From Candidatus Heimdallarchaeota archaeon (GTDB lineage Archaea > Asgardarchaeota > Heimdallarchaeia > Heimdallarchaeales > Heimdallarchaeaceae): a stretch of 50,608 bases of DNA. The position numbers and the translations under genes were made by a program. Of the stretch, positions 38,656 through 50,608 are shown piece after piece. The stretch spans positions 1 to 50,608 of the forward strand of contig JAAFKI010000022.1 of assembly GCA_021399345.1 (NCBI GenBank), in the 5' to 3' direction. The notes below the pieces were generated by a model. That model was not told the DNA's origin, made no database searches, and saw only the letters and a list, made by a program, of their open reading frames with translations. The number at the start of each line of letters is the position of its first letter. Position 1 is the first letter of the stretch.

Positions 38656-40023
38656 TTAAGTTTCAGTTTTATTCTTTCTATTGTTTCTGTTTCCTATGAG
38701 ATAATAAACTGAATAGACTATAATTACTGCTGCAACTATAATTATTGAAGTTGTAATAAATACTGCTTCAATTCCAAATTTGTCCCAAACTGGAGATAAG
38801 CTTAATGTGGATACAGATCGAGAGAGAGACACATAGAATCCTAGTGCTCCAAGAGCCATTCCACGTTGAGTATTTTTTGATACCATGGAAGTTCCTGTAT
38901 TTACACCTATATAACTTGTTAAACTACTTGCACTATATACCATGTATACAACAATCAACCAAGACAAGGAATTCACAAATACCATTAGGATAAGCATACT
39001 TGAAGAAAGAAAGAGTGTAACAAATATTGGTCCCTTGTACCCGAATCTATCAACTAATCGTCCTAGGTAAGGTTTGAAGAAAATCAACACACAAGATGAT
39101 ATCCAAGCTATTTGTGCAACTACATCGTAAGAGAATCCCTTTGATACAATTAGGAATGGAAAAAAAGCCGTAACCATATATTCTAGAAAAGCTATCGCTA
39201 ATTGTATAACATAAATGAAACTTAGTTTTTTCTGCTTTGTAACTATGAATAATGACCGAAACATAGAAACAAAAGCATCACCCAAAGCTTTCAATTTGGA
39301 ATCTACTTGTAGTCGGTCTTCCTTTTTCAGTACTTCAGGCATGAAAAAAGCTAACGCAATCACTCCAATAAGAGAAATACCTGCTCCCCAAAAGAAAAGA
39401 ATACGTAGTTGAGACAGGTGATATGTTATTTCAGGCATATTGAGGATATTCATATTTGATGATGGCAAAATTGTAGAAATAGTTATTTTTGATCTTTTTA
39501 ACTGAAGAAAAGCTAGCAAAGCGCCTAATATGGCCCCCAAATCTGTTCCTTGGAACAATCTCCCTTGTACCTTACCTAGATTCTTACTTTCTTCTACATC
39601 AGAGATATATGCGAATATTACTGGCCAGAAGCAAGACATTCCTATAGCTAAGAATGTTATTGCTACAATTACTAAACTCCAGTGAGACGATATAGCAAGA
39701 AAGAACAAGCTTATTGTGTAAAATCCAGTTCCAGCAATTAACAAAGGTTTTCTACCAATCATTTGTGAAAAGTGTCCTAGAGGAACTCTTAGAAATATCT
39801 GGTAGATATTTCTTAATGCAAGAATGAGTGTTATCATCCAGACTACAGTATTAATGTCTTTCAAGTGTAAACCAACATAGGACATGAAAATTGTCAATGA
39901 AAAACTACCAACTATTCCCAGCAATATTGGAGAGAGTCGACGACGATCATCTAGATACAACCTTATTTTAACTTCATTTAGTGTTTTTGATAAAAGGTTG
40001 TTATCGTGACTCAATATTTTCAA
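38656..40023 (-). CDS. MFS transporter
   Basis: About 12 TM helices; motif A-like G.FSQMIGRK and GRLVDRFGYK. Confidence 0.88.
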   Translation of the reverse strand: MKILSHDNNLLSKTLNEVKIRLYLDDRRRLSPILLGIVGSFSLTIFMSYVGLHLKDINTVVWMITLILALRNIYQIFLRVPLGHFSQMIGRKPLLIAGTGFYTISLFFLAISSHWSLVIVAITFLAIGMSCFWPVIFAYISDVEESKNLGKVQGRLFQGTDLGAILGALLAFLQLKRSKITISTILPSSNMNILNMPEITYHLSQLRILFFWGAGISLIGVIALAFFMPEVLKKEDRLQVDSKLKALGDAFVSMFRSLFIVTKQKKLSFIYVIQLAIAFLEYMVTAFFPFLIVSKGFSYDVVAQIAWISSCVLIFFKPYLGRLVDRFGYKGPIFVTLFLSSSMLILMVFVNSLSWLIVVYMVYSASSLTSYIGVNTGTSMVSKNTQRGMALGALGFYVSLSRSVSTLSLSPVWDKFGIEAVFITTSIIIVAAVIIVYSVYYLIGNRNNRKNKTET

Positions 40024-40255
40024 GCCCCTTCTCTTGTGGTAGTTTATAGTTGTATTTTAAACATAGTGGATTTACCAGATGAAAAATGAAGAATTCTTTC
40101 TTATCCTTCTAAATCTAATTAGTAGGAACAAATTTCTTTATTATTGAGATTCTAAGGTTTATACATTTAAATTCAGTGCGTTAGCAATTTCCAAAATCCC
40201 TTTTCCTTTTCCACAATTTTAAAATAATCTCTTGATATTAGTGATATAGATTTAT

Positions 40256-40921
40256 ATGTTTCCACACTCACCACAATCGGCAGTACCTCCTGATAAACTT
40301 GTCCAACAACTAATAGTTCAAGCTATACAAGCATTCTATATTCAAGATTATGAAACAGGTATATATTTTCTTCAACAGATTAAATCTAATTTACCTCGTT
40401 ACATGTATCAATTGAATCCACAGATGAGATCTCTAGCTAAAGAAGTTGTTAAGCTTCTGCAAGATGGGAGCTTAGTTCCAGATAGATCAGCTGATTCTGT
40501 AGCAGAAGCTGCCGCTGATACTCACCCAGGATTATCTGGCAGTTCTCCTGAATATACTCACCCAGTTGAATCTGTTACTCAAGAATTTCAACAACAGCAA
40601 TCAGAATTAGTTGAAGCTCCTCAATTAACAGAAACTGAGATAGAAGGACCAACTGTTGATACTTCACAAGATGTTGTTTTTGAACCACAAACTGAATCTG
40701 TTGGTGAACCAGCTGAGGAGGTTCCAACAGCTCAACAAACAGAAACACCAATAACAGAACCTCCATATGAGGAAACTGAAGCTCCAAGAGGCACATTACC
40801 TAGTGATTTCATCTCGGAGTTATCAACAGCAGTAAGTTCTGTAAGAGACAAAAAGAAGAAGAAGAAAAAGGATGAAAAACTTGTTGGTTCAATGGATGAA
40901 CTAGAAGATTTCGATTTCTAA
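40256..40921 (+). CDS. Hypothetical protein: helical N-domain, acidic Pro/Thr/Glu-rich linker, amphipathic helix, basic and acidic tail
   Basis: Composition of the translated ORF. Confidence 0.65.
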   Translation: MFPHSPQSAVPPDKLVQQLIVQAIQAFYIQDYETGIYFLQQIKSNLPRYMYQLNPQMRSLAKEVVKLLQDGSLVPDRSADSVAEAAADTHPGLSGSSPEYTHPVESVTQEFQQQQSELVEAPQLTETEIEGPTVDTSQDVVFEPQTESVGEPAEEVPTAQQTETPITEPPYEETEAPRGTLPSDFISELSTAVSSVRDKKKKKKKDEKLVGSMDELEDFDF

Positions 40922-41376
40922 TTTTTCTGGTTAATTACTTTAACAACTGTCCAATCATGTCTAATTAAGCTTGTAACTGCAATTTCCAAATCTTGCATTG
41001 TTTCTTTCAGTTTTTCCTTTAAGACCTCCTGAGGAATTGATGAATAAATATTCTTTATCCCTCCATTTTCTAGAGTTTCTGTTTCTTTGCTAATTAAACC
41101 TTGCTTAATCATGCTTTGAACAAGACGAACTGCTGTGGTACGATCTTTCTTTACTCTATCAGCAATATCCATTATGGATCTTTTTTCTTGTAAAGTATAA
41201 AAATAAATATTCACATGAATGCATTTTAATCCGAATAAAAATTCAAAAATGGGGCAGACTTTGTAACTACATTCTAGAAATTCACATCGACAATGCCCAT
41301 GTTCTAAACTTTTGAATATTGTGTCTGGCAAATCTACTAAGCAAGGTTGAACTCGCTTCTCTTTTTTCGTGGACAT
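40918..41376 (-). CDS. TrmB/COG3355-like HTH transcriptional regulator with Cys/His-rich N-terminus
   Basis: FLFGL, SIMDIADRVKKDRTTAVRLVQSMIKQGLISK..GG.K.IY. ATG at 41376 avoids overlap with thioredoxin. Confidence 0.75.
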   Translation of the reverse strand: MSTKKEKRVQPCLVDLPDTIFKSLEHGHCRCEFLECSYKVCPIFEFLFGLKCIHVNIYFYTLQEKRSIMDIADRVKKDRTTAVRLVQSMIKQGLISKETETLENGGIKNIYSSIPQEVLKEKLKETMQDLEIAVTSLIRHDWTVVKVINQKN

Positions 41377-41512
41377 AAATGCATCCCTTCGTATGTGTAT
41401 TAAAATCACACAGATAATAAATCTTGTGTTTTTACGAAATGGCAAAACAGAATAGTTTATATGGTGTGCAAAAAGGATACACACTAGAGAATCTTTTTGC
41501 CGGTGCTCGATT

Positions 41513-44457
<2,945 letters not shown>

Positions 44458-44461
44458 CTAT

Positions 44462-46588
<2,127 letters not shown>

Positions 46589-46807
46589 TTATCCAAAAAT
46601 GGATACCAGATTTCTGCCGCTTTGGGATTATTGTCGGGTATTTCTCCGAAAATAATCTACTATTAAAAAATAAATTTTACCATTTAAAAATACATTGGTT
46701 GGCACTACTAAAAGGGCACAAAGCATCAAGAAAAGTCGAATTTAAAGCGTTCAACTAGACAGAAATCTAATTCAACAAACAACAGAATATTTTTTTAGAT
46801 AACTACT

Positions 46808-47025
46808 CTAGTTTCCACCTCACGTTTTTTGGCTGAAATTGCGTTTTCTGGGGTGGTAATTATAGCAATTCCTGGGTTTCTTTTACAAAACGTATATAGG
46901 CTTCAACTTTTGGACCCATACTTCCTTTTATGAAGTGTCCATCTTGATGATATTGCAATGCCAAACGAGCTTACCTCAGCAAGAGATTCTGAGTTTTCCT
47001 TGTTATAGTTCATATAAAGAACAAT
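46808..47025 (-). pseudogene. arcC: Frameshifted C-terminal remnant of carbamate kinase
   Basis: Minus-strand pieces YMNYNKENSESLAEVS / LQYHQDGHFIKGSMGPKVEAYIRFV / IAIITTPENA, separated by frameshifts; GHF..GSMGPKVEA..RF is the carbamate kinase signature. Confidence 0.75.
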
Positions 47026-47033
47026 AAAAACGC

Positions 47034-48397
<1,364 letters not shown>

Positions 48398-48455
48398 CAG
48401 AACAAATCAAAAAATAGCATCAAGGATGATTATCATTCATGATGAAATCTAACTA

Positions 48456-48488
<33 letters not shown>

Positions 48489-48515
48489 TAAAAATTTACA
48501 GCTAATAAAATATGA

Positions 48516-49178
<663 letters not shown>

Positions 49179-49186
49179 ACTATCAT

Positions 49187-49581
<395 letters not shown>

Positions 49582-49729
49582 ATTAAGTTTTATGTTCAAT
49601 AAAACGAGTAAAATCATCTTTTTGTCAATTTATAAAGAGTAGATTTGCTTAAAATACCCGATTCTTCCTTAATGTATCACAAAAACTTAAAACTATTGTT
49701 GTGAAACTGCTAATAATTTCATACTATAA

Positions 49730-50128
<399 letters not shown>

Positions 50129-50153
50129 GATTCAATATCCAAACAAAAATATC

Positions 50154-50432
<279 letters not shown>

Positions 50433-50445
50433 ACTTAAGTTTTTT

Positions 50446-50501
<56 letters not shown>

Positions 50502-50507
50502 TACGTC

Positions 50508-50591
<84 letters not shown>

Positions 50592-50608
50592 ACTATTAAG
50601 TTTATTAA

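Overview
AT-rich archaeal chromosomal segment, most consistent with an Asgard (Heimdallarchaeia-like) archaeon. This placement is inferred from archaeal informational genes (tyrS, dnaG, eL40, pth2, truD, hjc, pelota, Ncs6/TtuA, MtaB, RPA32-like), bacterial-type DNA gyrase, a TPR protein with a possible longin-like tail, and C-terminally anchored surface proteins. Most of the window is housekeeping genes. It also holds a group 4 [NiFe]-hydrogenase soluble module with hypD/hypC/hycI, and an accessory block of secreted proteins (about 20-29 kb) containing a truncated hypD 5' end. RNA genes: tRNA-Val(CAC), tRNA-Ser(GCT), SRP RNA, 5S rRNA and an unidentified structured RNA of about 220 nt. The main finding is that the 5S rRNA gene (minus strand, 50202-50322) is circularly permuted: the 3' half comes first and helix I is closed by a UACG loop. 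It sits in a processing stem whose bulge-helix-bulge-like (BHB) cuts would rejoin helix III exactly, giving a 121-nt circle. The SRP RNA is independently framed by a canonical BHB. Together these suggest splicing-endonuclease/ligase-dependent circularisation of stable RNAs. Other oddities: a subtilase with Cys at the nucleophile position, a gyrase with remodelled quinolone-binding motifs, a Dnmt2-like methyltransferase next to tRNA-Val, and an SRPS-repeat insertion in DnaG. All calls come from reading the sequence; no searches were run.
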